64,000 nucleotides of DNA from contig CAVRGP010000006.1 in the NCBI GenBank assembly GCA_963720755.1, positions 160,001 to 224,000 on the forward strand, written 5' to 3'. The translations under genes were made by a program, and so were the position numbers. This stretch comes from an uncultured Chloroflexia bacterium (lineage in GTDB: Bacteria > Chloroflexota > Limnocylindria > Limnocylindrales > CSP1-4). Under the pieces are notes generated by a model. It did no database searches and was not told where the DNA came from. It worked only from the letters and a program-made list of their open reading frames with translations. Positions 28,580 to 37,378 of this stretch are shown here, piece after piece. The first letter of the stretch is position 1. Every line of letters starts with the position of its first letter.

Positions 28580-29512
28580 TCAGGAGGGCATCGGTGCCGG
28601 CGTGGCGTTGGGTGCCCCGGCCGGTTTGACCGGCTGGGCGCGGAACGTCCGCCAGGCGAGGAGGATGACGGCACCGTAACCGAACAGCGAGGCGATCCCG
28701 GCCACCACCGGGATGAGTTGGCTTGCCTGCAGCACGATCAGGCCGACGACCGCGGCCAGATAGGGTCGATCGTGAACCACCCCTGGCCGCATCCGGGTGA
28801 CGATCCAGTCGCCGATCCAGATGCCCGTAACGAGGTAGCCGAGATAGCCGACGAGCGGCCAGGCGAAGATCAGGATGGCGAAGCCGAGCGGTGCGCCAAC
28901 GACCGTGATGAGCAGGCCGATGAACAGCAGGATCGGCACGATCAGACCCGCCAATCCGACGACGAAGACCCGACCCGGCTCGCGACTGATGAGCGTCTCG
29001 GCCGCCCGCACCTGCCGTGCCGCGATGGCCGCCAGCACGAGGCCCGCCGCGATCGTGACCAGCGCCAGGCCGATGAACAGCAGGAACAGGACCGGTGCAA
29101 GCAAGACGCCCGCCGCGATGAGCGACGGCGCGACATCCTTGACCTCGCCGGCCACGACCGCGCCGGACGTGTCGTCGACCGTCGAATCCAGCGCGTAGAC
29201 GTCACCCGAGACCGTCGTACCCGCGCCGAGGACGACTGGACTGCCGATCGCCACGATGCTTTCGACCGTCGCTCCCCGCAGTTCGGCTCGGCCGTTGATC
29301 GCGACGACCGTCTTGGCGTCACCGAGGATGGTCGCCGTCCCGTCGACGACGATCACGGCATCGGCCTGCTCACCGGCGGGCAGGGTCAGGTCACCCCCGA
29401 AGGCCGTCAGGACACGACCCGAATGTGATGTCGTGTCGGCCGCCATGACCGCGGGCGCGAGCAGGACGAGGATGACCACCATGGAACCGAGGATGGCCAG
29501 CAAGCGCGTCAT
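28580..29512 (-). CDS. Membrane protein with bactofilin-like Gly/Val beta-repeat and C-terminal TM bundle
   Basis: Signal peptide, GGDLTL..DGTATILGD..VSGDV repeats, 4-5 TMs; GGAGG RBS. Confidence 0.72.
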   Translation of the reverse strand: MTRLLAILGSMVVILVLLAPAVMAADTTSHSGRVLTAFGGDLTLPAGEQADAVIVVDGTATILGDAKTVVAINGRAELRGATVESIVAIGSPVVLGAGTTVSGDVYALDSTVDDTSGAVVAGEVKDVAPSLIAAGVLLAPVLFLLFIGLALVTIAAGLVLAAIAARQVRAAETLISREPGRVFVVGLAGLIVPILLFIGLLITVVGAPLGFAILIFAWPLVGYLGYLVTGIWIGDWIVTRMRPGVVHDRPYLAAVVGLIVLQASQLIPVVAGIASLFGYGAVILLAWRTFRAQPVKPAGAPNATPAPMPS

Positions 29513-29587
29513 CTGATCGACCTCCGGGTGTGGACCGTATGGACCGCGGTCGAATCCAGAGTCTCGAACCGACGGCCGGTATCGACT

Positions 29588-29691
29588 AGCGCCGAACGTC
29601 ACCGTGTCCGGGTGCTGATCGGCCCGACAAGCGGGTGGCCACGTACGTGCCAACGATCCATCGGTCATGGCGACGATGGTCCGATGGCACT
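29588..29691. promoter_or_regulatory. Two pairs of DosR-like boxes serving divergent promoters
   Basis: Boxes 29588-29603 and 29611-29626 (minus, -10 GAGACT) and 29654-29669 and 29676-29691 (plus, -10 GAGGAT); each proximal box is 22 nt from its -10. Confidence 0.5.
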
Positions 29692-29764
29692 TCCAGGACG
29701 GCCCTGGTCGATCGAGGATTCGGGCCGGGCGACCTGCCCGGCGATCCACTCCGGAGGCGTCGAC

Positions 29765-30229
29765 GTGGCGACTCATCCACTCACCCACCCCACCCACCAG
29801 GCGATCCCGAAATCGGAACTCCACCTCGCCGGGCGGATCTGCGTCAGCGCACTCGTCCTGCTTGGACTCGGAGCCATCGCGGGCGGCTACGCCCTCGTCG
29901 CGCGGCCCGACGGCAGCGTGATGCAGTTCGACGTGGGACTCCTGGCCGGAACGCCGTTCGCCGACTTCCTGATCCCCGGGCTCATCCTCGGCGGACTGTT
30001 CGGGTTCGGGTCGTTCATCGTGGCCGGGATGGGCCTTGCCCGGATGCGCATCGCGCCATTCCTGGCATTCGCGATCGGCTGCGGCCAGATGATCTGGATC
30101 GTCGTCGAACTCGCGATCATCAAGGAGCTGAGCTTCCTGCATCCGACGTTCTTCGGCGTCGGCCTGCTCATCGCCGCGACGGCGGCACGCTGGGGCTGGC
30201 CGACCTTCCAGGCCTGGCGCACTGCCTAG
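29765..30229 (+). CDS. Four-TM hypothetical membrane protein
   Basis: GGAGG then GTG; GGYAL..PDGS..TPFADFLIPGLIL. Confidence 0.75.
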   Translation: MATHPLTHPTHQAIPKSELHLAGRICVSALVLLGLGAIAGGYALVARPDGSVMQFDVGLLAGTPFADFLIPGLILGGLFGFGSFIVAGMGLARMRIAPFLAFAIGCGQMIWIVVELAIIKELSFLHPTFFGVGLLIAATAARWGWPTFQAWRTA

Positions 30230-30306
30230 TCCCGCCGGCGGCGCCGCAGAGAAGCTCGGGGCGCGCCCGTAACGAATCGCGAACGATGCTCGGGCATGAT
30301 GACGGC

Positions 30307-31521
30307 ATGTCCGACCCGTCGAAGGCCCGGGTGACCACGCGAACCGGGATCCGCTGGGAGCGCGTGGCACTTACGGCGGTCCTCACGTGCGCGCTGGCGC
30401 TCGCCGCTGCGAGCCTGGTCGCGGACCCCTCCTCGATCGCGACGCTGGTCCTGCTCGGAACACCATACGCAGCCGTGGGAACCGTCCTGGCGCTGCGGCG
30501 TCCACGACACCCGATCGGCTGGATCTTCCTGGCGATCGTGATGGTCTGGGTGATCTCGACCTCGGCCGAGGCGCTCGGGGGCACGGACGTCCAACATGGC
30601 GCGAGTCTCCCGAGCGGCTTCCCGATGGTCCTGATCTGGATCGAAACCTGGATCTTCGCCCCGGTCCTGTTCGCCCTCTACTACGCCCTGACCGTCGTGT
30701 TTCCCTCCGGACATCTGCCGGGTGGGCGCATCGGCCGCGCGGTTCGGATCTCGTTCCTCGTGCCGTTGGCCGGTGTCATCGCGGGCGGGTTCGGCCCACA
30801 CCTTGGTGGTCCCTACGCGCCGGACACGATCCAGAGCGGGGCGACGATCGACAACCCGGTGGGGTTCCTTCCGGTCGACCTGGGCAACCTCACGAGTACG
30901 CTGACGATCCTGCTGCTTGTCGCCGGAGTCATCGGGATGGTCGTCCGGTTCCGTCACGCTCAGGGCCTGGAGCGCCAGCAACTCCGCTGGTTCGTGGCCG
31001 CGATGACGTTCACCGCGGTCGTCATCGCCATGGCGATCATCGTGATCTTCACCGCCCCGGATGGCGAGGGCGTGAGCGTCTGGTTCTTTGTGACGCCCGC
31101 GTACATCTTGATCCCGCTCGCCCTCGGCGGGGCGATCATGCGCTATCGGCTGTACGACCTTGACCGGATCATCAGCCGGACGATCAGCTGGGCGGTCGTG
31201 AGCGGCGTCCTCGCGGTCGTCTTCGTCGGCGTGATCCTGGCCTCGCAGACCCTCCTCGCGTCGATCACGTCTTCGAACACCGTCGCGGTGGCCGCCTCCA
31301 CCCTGGTCGTCGCGGCGCTGTTCCAGCCGGTCCGTCGACGCGTCCAGGTTCGGGTGGATCGACGGTTCAATCGGGCTCGCTACGACGCCGAGCGGATCGT
31401 CGCGGTCTTCGCCGGGAAGCTGCGCGACGAGGTCGGCCTCGATGAACTCGGCACCGAGATCGCGGCCACGGTGACGCGGACCGTGCAGCCAGCGTCTGTA
31501 TCCGTGTGGTTGCGCGACTAA
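30307..31521 (+). CDS. Multi-TM histidine-kinase-like sensor protein with no kinase domain
   Basis: About 9 TMs, RRPRHPIGW, FPSG, ERQQLRWF, RYRLYDLD, VDRRFNR.RYD; no H-box or ATPase. Confidence 0.75.
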   Translation: MSDPSKARVTTRTGIRWERVALTAVLTCALALAAASLVADPSSIATLVLLGTPYAAVGTVLALRRPRHPIGWIFLAIVMVWVISTSAEALGGTDVQHGASLPSGFPMVLIWIETWIFAPVLFALYYALTVVFPSGHLPGGRIGRAVRISFLVPLAGVIAGGFGPHLGGPYAPDTIQSGATIDNPVGFLPVDLGNLTSTLTILLLVAGVIGMVVRFRHAQGLERQQLRWFVAAMTFTAVVIAMAIIVIFTAPDGEGVSVWFFVTPAYILIPLALGGAIMRYRLYDLDRIISRTISWAVVSGVLAVVFVGVILASQTLLASITSSNTVAVAASTLVVAALFQPVRRRVQVRVDRRFNRARYDAERIVAVFAGKLRDEVGLDELGTEIAATVTRTVQPASVSVWLRD

Positions 31522-32219
31522 CGGGTCACGAACCGCCCGATGAGGATGCCGGCCAGGGCGGCAGCACCGGCGATCGACATCGTCTGGAGGGCCGTCCGCC
31601 ACACTGGTTCATGCCCGATCCGTCCACGGGCGATGCCCAGCAGCGCCATCAGCGCCCCGGTCACGATCAGCGACACGATCCGCGCCGTCTCGATGTCGAA
31701 CAGTACGAACGGGATGACCGGGATGCTCGCCGCGAACAGGTCCGCCACGAACATCCAGGCCGCGTGCGTCCGTGGCGGGACTCCCGCCACGCGGGGCACG
31801 CCAAGCTCGAACGCGGCGACGTAGTCGAGCAGTGCGCCGGGGTTTCGTTCGAAGGCCGCCGTCACCCCCCGTGCCTCGACTTCGGTGAAACCTGACGTCC
31901 GCAGACGTTCGGCGACGCGATGTAGCGTCCGTTCGGGATCGGTGGCGATCCCGCGCCGTGCCTGCTCCACGAGTGCGGCGGCGCGGCTCCGTTGCGAGTG
32001 CACGTCGAGATACGTGCCGGCCATCATCGAGACCGCGCCGGCGATCGCGCCCGTCGCACCGGCAAGGACGACGATCTGGCTGTCATTCGTGCTCGCAGCG
32101 ACGCCGAACACGAGACCGGCCACCGAGACGGCGCCATCCTCCATCCCGAACGCGACATCGCCGATCGAGGCGAGCAGCGACGCCCGAACGCGACGGCCGA
32201 GATCGAGGATCGAGGGCAC
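31518..32219 (-). CDS. VIT1/CCC1 Fe/Mn transporter
   Basis: DVAFGMEDG, AGAVSMMAGTYL, IPVIPF. Confidence 0.9.
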   Translation of the reverse strand: MPSILDLGRRVRASLLASIGDVAFGMEDGAVSVAGLVFGVAASTNDSQIVVLAGATGAIAGAVSMMAGTYLDVHSQRSRAAALVEQARRGIATDPERTLHRVAERLRTSGFTEVEARGVTAAFERNPGALLDYVAAFELGVPRVAGVPPRTHAAWMFVADLFAASIPVIPFVLFDIETARIVSLIVTGALMALLGIARGRIGHEPVWRTALQTMSIAGAAALAGILIGRFVTR

Positions 32220-32246
32220 GGCTGAGGCTACCTTCTCGTCATCGGA

Positions 32247-33485
32247 TCATGGTGCGGCCTCGGTGGCCTCTCCGAAGTACCGGAGCGCGGCATACAGCCA
32301 GACCACCGACAGGATGGCGACGAGGGCCGACGCCAGCAGCCACGGCGTCGGCTGCCACCAGCCGACGACCAGCGCGGCGGCGGCCCCGACGACCAGCGCG
32401 ACGGTCAACGGCCGGTAGACCGTCTCGTGGCGCTCGTACTCGTCCAACGAATGCGTCGTGACGGCCAGGGCCAGCAGCGCGATCGCGATCGATGCTGCCA
32501 GGAGCCAGGCGGTATCGGACGGCGTCTGCGCGTCGTGGGCGTGGTCGATCAGGCCCACCATCGCCGCACCGGCGCCCGCGATCGCGAGTGAGATCGGGAG
32601 GTGACTCTCCGCCCACATGTACAGCGTCAGCCCGTCTCCTCTGGGCGCTCGCCTGCCGGCGACATCGAAGAAGATCCACCAGAGGCCGAAGCCGACGGCG
32701 AGCGCGAGCAGGCCGGTCGCGAGCGTGAGGGGATCTCGATCGACCGACGACAGCCCACCGACGACCCCGGTGACGACTTCCCCGAGCACGATGATCACCA
32801 GCAGATCGAAGCGCTCGACCATCGAATCGGTCGGTGCGATCGCCAGGACTTGTCCGCGTCGTGATCGCCAGCCGAAGACAAGCATCAGGACGAGCCAGCC
32901 GATCACGAATCCGGCCCAGCTGACGAGTCGAGCCTCGGCGGGCAGAAAGATGCCGGCCACGATGACCACGAGCGACACGGCCATGGCGGTCAGGTAGCGC
33001 GCTGTCCCGGCCATGTACTCCGGGCCGTCCTGCCGGCGGACCGTGTACCAAAGCCAGGTCATGACGACGAGGAACCCGGCGTAGGCCACGCTGAACGCCT
33101 GCCCGTCCTCGCCGGCCGCACCGCCGGTGAAGACCGCGAGCAGGGCGAGGATGCCCATCTGGATGAAGACGAACGTCCGTGTCCGTCCGTCCTCTCGACC
33201 ATGCAACTCGTAGTACAGCGTGCCATTGACCCAGGCGATCCAGATGACGCCGAAGATGACCGCGAACTCCGCGTAGCCGCCGACGGTCAGATGTCCGGCG
33301 AGGTGGTGCGCGGCCTGGGCGATGACGACGACGTAGACGAGGTCATAGAACAGCTCCAGGAAGCTGACGGTCCGTTCCGGGTCGATCTCGCCGTGGGCGC
33401 GGGGTGGCCGCCAGAACCAGTTGCGAAAGCGGCTGATGGCGGAGGTTCGGTCGGCTGCGGTCGAGGGTCTTGTCATCGCACTCAC
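32247..33485 (-). CDS. ltrA: Low temperature requirement protein A family
   Basis: LELFYDLVYV, ERFDLLVIIVLGE, WWIFFD. Confidence 0.88.
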   Translation of the reverse strand: MSAMTRPSTAADRTSAISRFRNWFWRPPRAHGEIDPERTVSFLELFYDLVYVVVIAQAAHHLAGHLTVGGYAEFAVIFGVIWIAWVNGTLYYELHGREDGRTRTFVFIQMGILALLAVFTGGAAGEDGQAFSVAYAGFLVVMTWLWYTVRRQDGPEYMAGTARYLTAMAVSLVVIVAGIFLPAEARLVSWAGFVIGWLVLMLVFGWRSRRGQVLAIAPTDSMVERFDLLVIIVLGEVVTGVVGGLSSVDRDPLTLATGLLALAVGFGLWWIFFDVAGRRAPRGDGLTLYMWAESHLPISLAIAGAGAAMVGLIDHAHDAQTPSDTAWLLAASIAIALLALAVTTHSLDEYERHETVYRPLTVALVVGAAAALVVGWWQPTPWLLASALVAILSVVWLYAALRYFGEATEAAP

Positions 33486-34406
33486 CTACACCAACCTACA
33501 GCGAGCGGGTGCCGGCGCCCCGGCGAAGGGTGCGGCCCGTTCGGCGAGGACTTCCGCGATGACGTGTCGTGCATTCGTGGCCAGCTGTGGGTTCGATTCC
33601 CGGTAGTAGGGCAGCTGGATCAGCGCGATCGACAGGGCCCAGCCACGCCCGCGCTGCCAGGTCGCATCGTCCATGGACACCGCGGTGCGGAACGACGGGC
33701 GCGCGCTGGCCGGCAGGAGGTTCCAGGCGACCGAGAGATCGCACGCCGGATCACCGATCCCCAAACCGCCGAAATCGATCACCGACGTCAGGGTCCGGCC
33801 GACACACAGGAGATTGCCCGGCGACAGATCGCCGTGGATCCATGTCGGGGGATCCGCCCAGGCTGGGACAGCCAGGGCTTCTACCCAGACCGCGGTCGCG
33901 GCGTCGGCGTCGATCTCGCCGCCGAGCGCTTCGATCGCGGTTCGCGTCGCATCATCACGGCCGGCGAGTGGACCCCCGCGGCTGGCTGCCGGGCCGCCAG
34001 CCGGGTCGATCGCCCGGAGCGCCGTCACGAATCCGGCGATGGCTTCGGCCAGGCCCTCAGGATCATCGATCGAGCCGACGCGGGGGTTCTCGCCCGGGAG
34101 CCACGGACAGACCGACCAGTGCCAGGGGTAGGAGAGATCCGGCGCACCGACGGTGAGCGGCGTCGGGACCGTGACGGGGAGCAGCGGTTCGAGCTGCGGC
34201 AGCCAGTGGTGCTCCTTGGCCACGTCGCCCGCGGCCCATCCGATCCGCGGCAGGCGTACGACCATGTCGGAACCCAGCCGGTAGAGCGCGTTGTCGGTCC
34301 CAGCCGAGGGGACCGGCGCGATCTCGAGATCGGCCCATCGGGGGAACTGCCGGGCCAGCAATGCCCGGACGAGAGATGCGTCGATGTCGACCTCGTCCCG
34401 GTGCAT
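33486..34406 (-). CDS. Aminoglycoside phosphotransferase-family kinase
   Basis: GTDNALYRLG, HGDLSPGN, VIDFG, GDPACDL. Confidence 0.88.
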   Translation of the reverse strand: MHRDEVDIDASLVRALLARQFPRWADLEIAPVPSAGTDNALYRLGSDMVVRLPRIGWAAGDVAKEHHWLPQLEPLLPVTVPTPLTVGAPDLSYPWHWSVCPWLPGENPRVGSIDDPEGLAEAIAGFVTALRAIDPAGGPAASRGGPLAGRDDATRTAIEALGGEIDADAATAVWVEALAVPAWADPPTWIHGDLSPGNLLCVGRTLTSVIDFGGLGIGDPACDLSVAWNLLPASARPSFRTAVSMDDATWQRGRGWALSIALIQLPYYRESNPQLATNARHVIAEVLAERAAPFAGAPAPARCRLV

Positions 34407-34417
34407 TCGAACCCGGC

Positions 34418-34822
34418 TCAGGTCGGATCCTCGTCCGCCTCGGCGTCCGGCATCGGCTCATCATCCGGTTCGGGTTCGCCCGCTCCTGGCTCGCCCGCCA
34501 GCTGGCCGCCTCGCAGGCGCTGTTCCAGACGGACCACCGGCGAGGTCCGGTACTTCGTGAGTTCGGACACGAACGCGGCCAGGATGCCGAGGCCGGACAG
34601 GATGTAGAACACGGTGAACAGCTTCGCCGCGTCGGTGGTCGGATGCAGATCGCCGAACCCGACGGTCGCGAGCGTGACGACCGAGAAGTACAGCGCGTCG
34701 AGCGCCGACCACCCTTCGAGCCACATGTAGACGACGGTACCGAGCGCGATCATCGAGATGGCCGCGACGATCAGGTACTTGCCTTCGGGGTCCCTGAACA
34801 TCGCCCGCATGGCGGAGAACAT
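34418..34822 (-). CDS. Minimal 2-TM potassium channel (Ion_trans_2)
   Basis: DALYFSVVTLATVGFGDLHP selectivity filter. Confidence 0.9.
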   Translation of the reverse strand: MFSAMRAMFRDPEGKYLIVAAISMIALGTVVYMWLEGWSALDALYFSVVTLATVGFGDLHPTTDAAKLFTVFYILSGLGILAAFVSELTKYRTSPVVRLEQRLRGGQLAGEPGAGEPEPDDEPMPDAEADEDPT

Positions 34823-34871
34823 CAGCCGTCCGACCTCTCTATCCCGAACCGTGGAGCAACCGACGTCCAGT

Positions 34872-35651
34872 CTAAGTCGGCGGATCGATCCCTTGAGGCG
34901 TACGCACGAGCTCGTCGATCACCGTGGACTCCGGGTTGCGGGTCATAAGCTCGGTCGCGAGCGCGACCTCAAGGAGGCCCACGGTCCCGCCGACGACCGC
35001 CGCGATGATCCATTCCGCGAACATCTGGATCGGGATTCCACCGTCGTGCACGGCCTGGTGCGCCAACTCGTCGATGACCTGTTCGATGGCCAGCGGCACG
35101 ACCACGAGCACGATGATCGGATAGATGGCCGTGCGGCTGATCCGGAACGTCCGCGCGAAGGCATCGCGCACCCCGCGGCGCTCCTGGACCATGACCGGAC
35201 CGACCAGCCCGAAGAACACGTAGAAGGCGATGCCCGGAACGACGAACAGGGCGATGCCGACGAACGTCCCGAGAACCACGACGACATCGGCGATCAGGAG
35301 GGCGAGCCACGGCAGCGTTCTGAGCACCTCGCCCATGCGCAGGCGGCGGCCGTGGAAGTACTGGCTGCCGACCGCCTCGTCGAGATAGCCCGCGAAGACG
35401 ACGGGGCCGAGGAGGCGGAAGAGGAACGCGATCGCCAGGGCGAGGGCGGCGCCGAGTCCACCGAGCAGGTTCGACTGGCCCTCGACGAATCGAGACAGCG
35501 CGACCCCGAGGAAGGCGGGCGGCACGAACAGGAGGAACGCAACGACGGACACGCGGAGGATGCCCAGGCGGAGCATCGCCCAGGCGTGTCGGGTGATGAG
35601 CCTGAACGTGAGCGGGCCCTGTCCCGGGTTGGCGATCGGAGGTTCGGTCAC
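34872..35651 (-). CDS. Multi-TM hypothetical membrane protein
   Basis: GTG start VTEPP, about 5-6 TMs, FVVPG..VMVQERRGVRDAFAR. Confidence 0.7.
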   Translation of the reverse strand: MTEPPIANPGQGPLTFRLITRHAWAMLRLGILRVSVVAFLLFVPPAFLGVALSRFVEGQSNLLGGLGAALALAIAFLFRLLGPVVFAGYLDEAVGSQYFHGRRLRMGEVLRTLPWLALLIADVVVVLGTFVGIALFVVPGIAFYVFFGLVGPVMVQERRGVRDAFARTFRISRTAIYPIIVLVVVPLAIEQVIDELAHQAVHDGGIPIQMFAEWIIAAVVGGTVGLLEVALATELMTRNPESTVIDELVRTPQGIDPPT

Positions 35652-35718
35652 GCGACCATCTTCGCAGCGGGCGACCGGTCCGCGCCGTCCAGGTCCCCGG
35701 CTCCTTGGGCGGGCGGAC

Positions 35719-37308
35719 CTACCAGCGGCCGTTGCCGGATCGCATGTCGGCGGGGTCGAGGCGGATCGGGAACCGCTCGCGGATCCGCGCATCGACGGCG
35801 GGGTCGAGGTACTCCGGGTAGTGGCTGGCGAGGACCTCCTCGACGCGGTCGTGGGCATGCTCGTAGATGCTCCGGCTCCCGCCGTCCACCCACTCGCCCG
35901 GGCTCGTGCGATCCGCGAGTTCCGGGTACTGGAACTCGCTTCGCATGAGCTTCAAGGTCTGGTCGGCTCCGAGGTAGTGACCGACACCGGCCACGGTCTC
36001 GGCGATCACCCCGTACGACAAGGTCTCGTCGTTGACCTCGATCCCGCGCAGCAGCCGCTGGGCGTTGCCGAGCAGGTCGTTGTCGATGACCAGTCCCTCG
36101 AACGACTGGCCCATCAGGCTGCCCACGATCCCGGGGTAGGCCGACACGAGGTTGCCGCCGGCCAGCGCCGCCGCCGTGACCGTGATGCCCTTCTCGTAGC
36201 CGGCCTGTGCGTCCATCGTCTTGGCGTCGGTCATCCCTGAAGCGACCGACGAGACGAGCCCGTAGTGGTTGGCGATCTGCGCGCTCGCCGCCATGAGCAA
36301 TGCCTCCTCGCCGCCACCACCGGTGAACCCGCCGGTCCGCAGGTCGGAGACGAACGGCCACATGCCGAAGTCGAACGGGTTCCCGGGTCGGATCATGTTG
36401 ACGATGGCGAGGCAGGCCAGGGTCTCCGCGAAACACTGGACGAGCGTGCCGGCGAGCGCGGCGGGTGCGGTGGCACCGGCCTGCGGGGCGATCGCGATGT
36501 CCGTCGCCAGCCCGAGTTCCGCCGTCCGGACGAGCACTTCGGCGTTGTCCTTGCCGAACCGCAGCGGCGAGACGATCGGGCAGCCGCCGATGCTGCAGAA
36601 CGGTCGCTTCAGGAATTCGCCGTCACCGCCGGCCACCAGGTCGAACATCGCGACGAGATCGTCGACGTGGCCGACCGTCGCACAACTGAACGCGAACGGC
36701 TTGTTCTGGCCCGCGAGGGCGGCATAGGCGACGTTGATGTCGTGGACGTAGACGTCTTCGCTGTACTCGGCCGCGATGAACGGCTGCCCGTAGCAGTGGA
36801 TATTGGGCAGGCGATCGACCAGGCGGGCCGCGTCGTACAGGTCGACCAGCCGGGTCGGCCGGAACGTCTGGGTCGGGTAGTCGAGGACCGTGACCGCCTC
36901 GCCCGAGGTGCAGAAGTAGACCCGCTCGCCGCTGATCTCGATGTCGTTGGCCGGGTCGACCGCATAGCGGACGTAGCCGCGCGACGCGACGCCGATCATC
37001 TCTTCGACCAGGCCACGCGGGAACAGCAACCGTCCATCCGGATCGAGCGTGCAGCCCCTGGGAAGGGCGTAGCGGAGGATCTCCGGGATCGGGTCCCCGA
37101 TGCCGATGTCGGCCAGGACGTCGAGCGCCGTCGTGTAGATCCGCTCGATATCGGCCACGGACAGCGGTCGGTACAGCCCACCGGTCAGCCCTGGCCGGAC
37201 CGCTGCGGGAGCCGGGGCCGAGGTGTCGTGCGCCCGCGCCCGACGGCCGCCTCGCCCGGACGGCTGGCCGTCTGACGTCGCGTCGGGTCGATCGTCGACT
37301 ACTGACAT
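35719..37308 (-). CDS. Trimethylamine methyltransferase (MttB) superfamily, non-pyrrolysine
   Basis: SPLRF, AGATAPAALAGTLVQ, SDLRTG, GMTDAKTMDAQAGYEK, VIDND; no in-frame TAG. Confidence 0.9.
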   Translation of the reverse strand: MSVVDDRPDATSDGQPSGRGGRRARAHDTSAPAPAAVRPGLTGGLYRPLSVADIERIYTTALDVLADIGIGDPIPEILRYALPRGCTLDPDGRLLFPRGLVEEMIGVASRGYVRYAVDPANDIEISGERVYFCTSGEAVTVLDYPTQTFRPTRLVDLYDAARLVDRLPNIHCYGQPFIAAEYSEDVYVHDINVAYAALAGQNKPFAFSCATVGHVDDLVAMFDLVAGGDGEFLKRPFCSIGGCPIVSPLRFGKDNAEVLVRTAELGLATDIAIAPQAGATAPAALAGTLVQCFAETLACLAIVNMIRPGNPFDFGMWPFVSDLRTGGFTGGGGEEALLMAASAQIANHYGLVSSVASGMTDAKTMDAQAGYEKGITVTAAALAGGNLVSAYPGIVGSLMGQSFEGLVIDNDLLGNAQRLLRGIEVNDETLSYGVIAETVAGVGHYLGADQTLKLMRSEFQYPELADRTSPGEWVDGGSRSIYEHAHDRVEEVLASHYPEYLDPAVDARIRERFPIRLDPADMRSGNGRW

Positions 37309-37378
37309 CGATGCATTGTGGTCGGTCGACCGGCCGTGTGGCCGGACCGTCGCACCACATGCGCCTGGTCGGCGCCCC

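Noticed and set aside
33486-34406. Acquired aminoglycoside resistance gene
   Set aside because: Generic APH-fold kinase with no mobile context; substrate cannot be assigned.
35719-37308. Pyrrolysine recoding in MttB
   Set aside because: No in-frame TAG and no pyl genes in the window.
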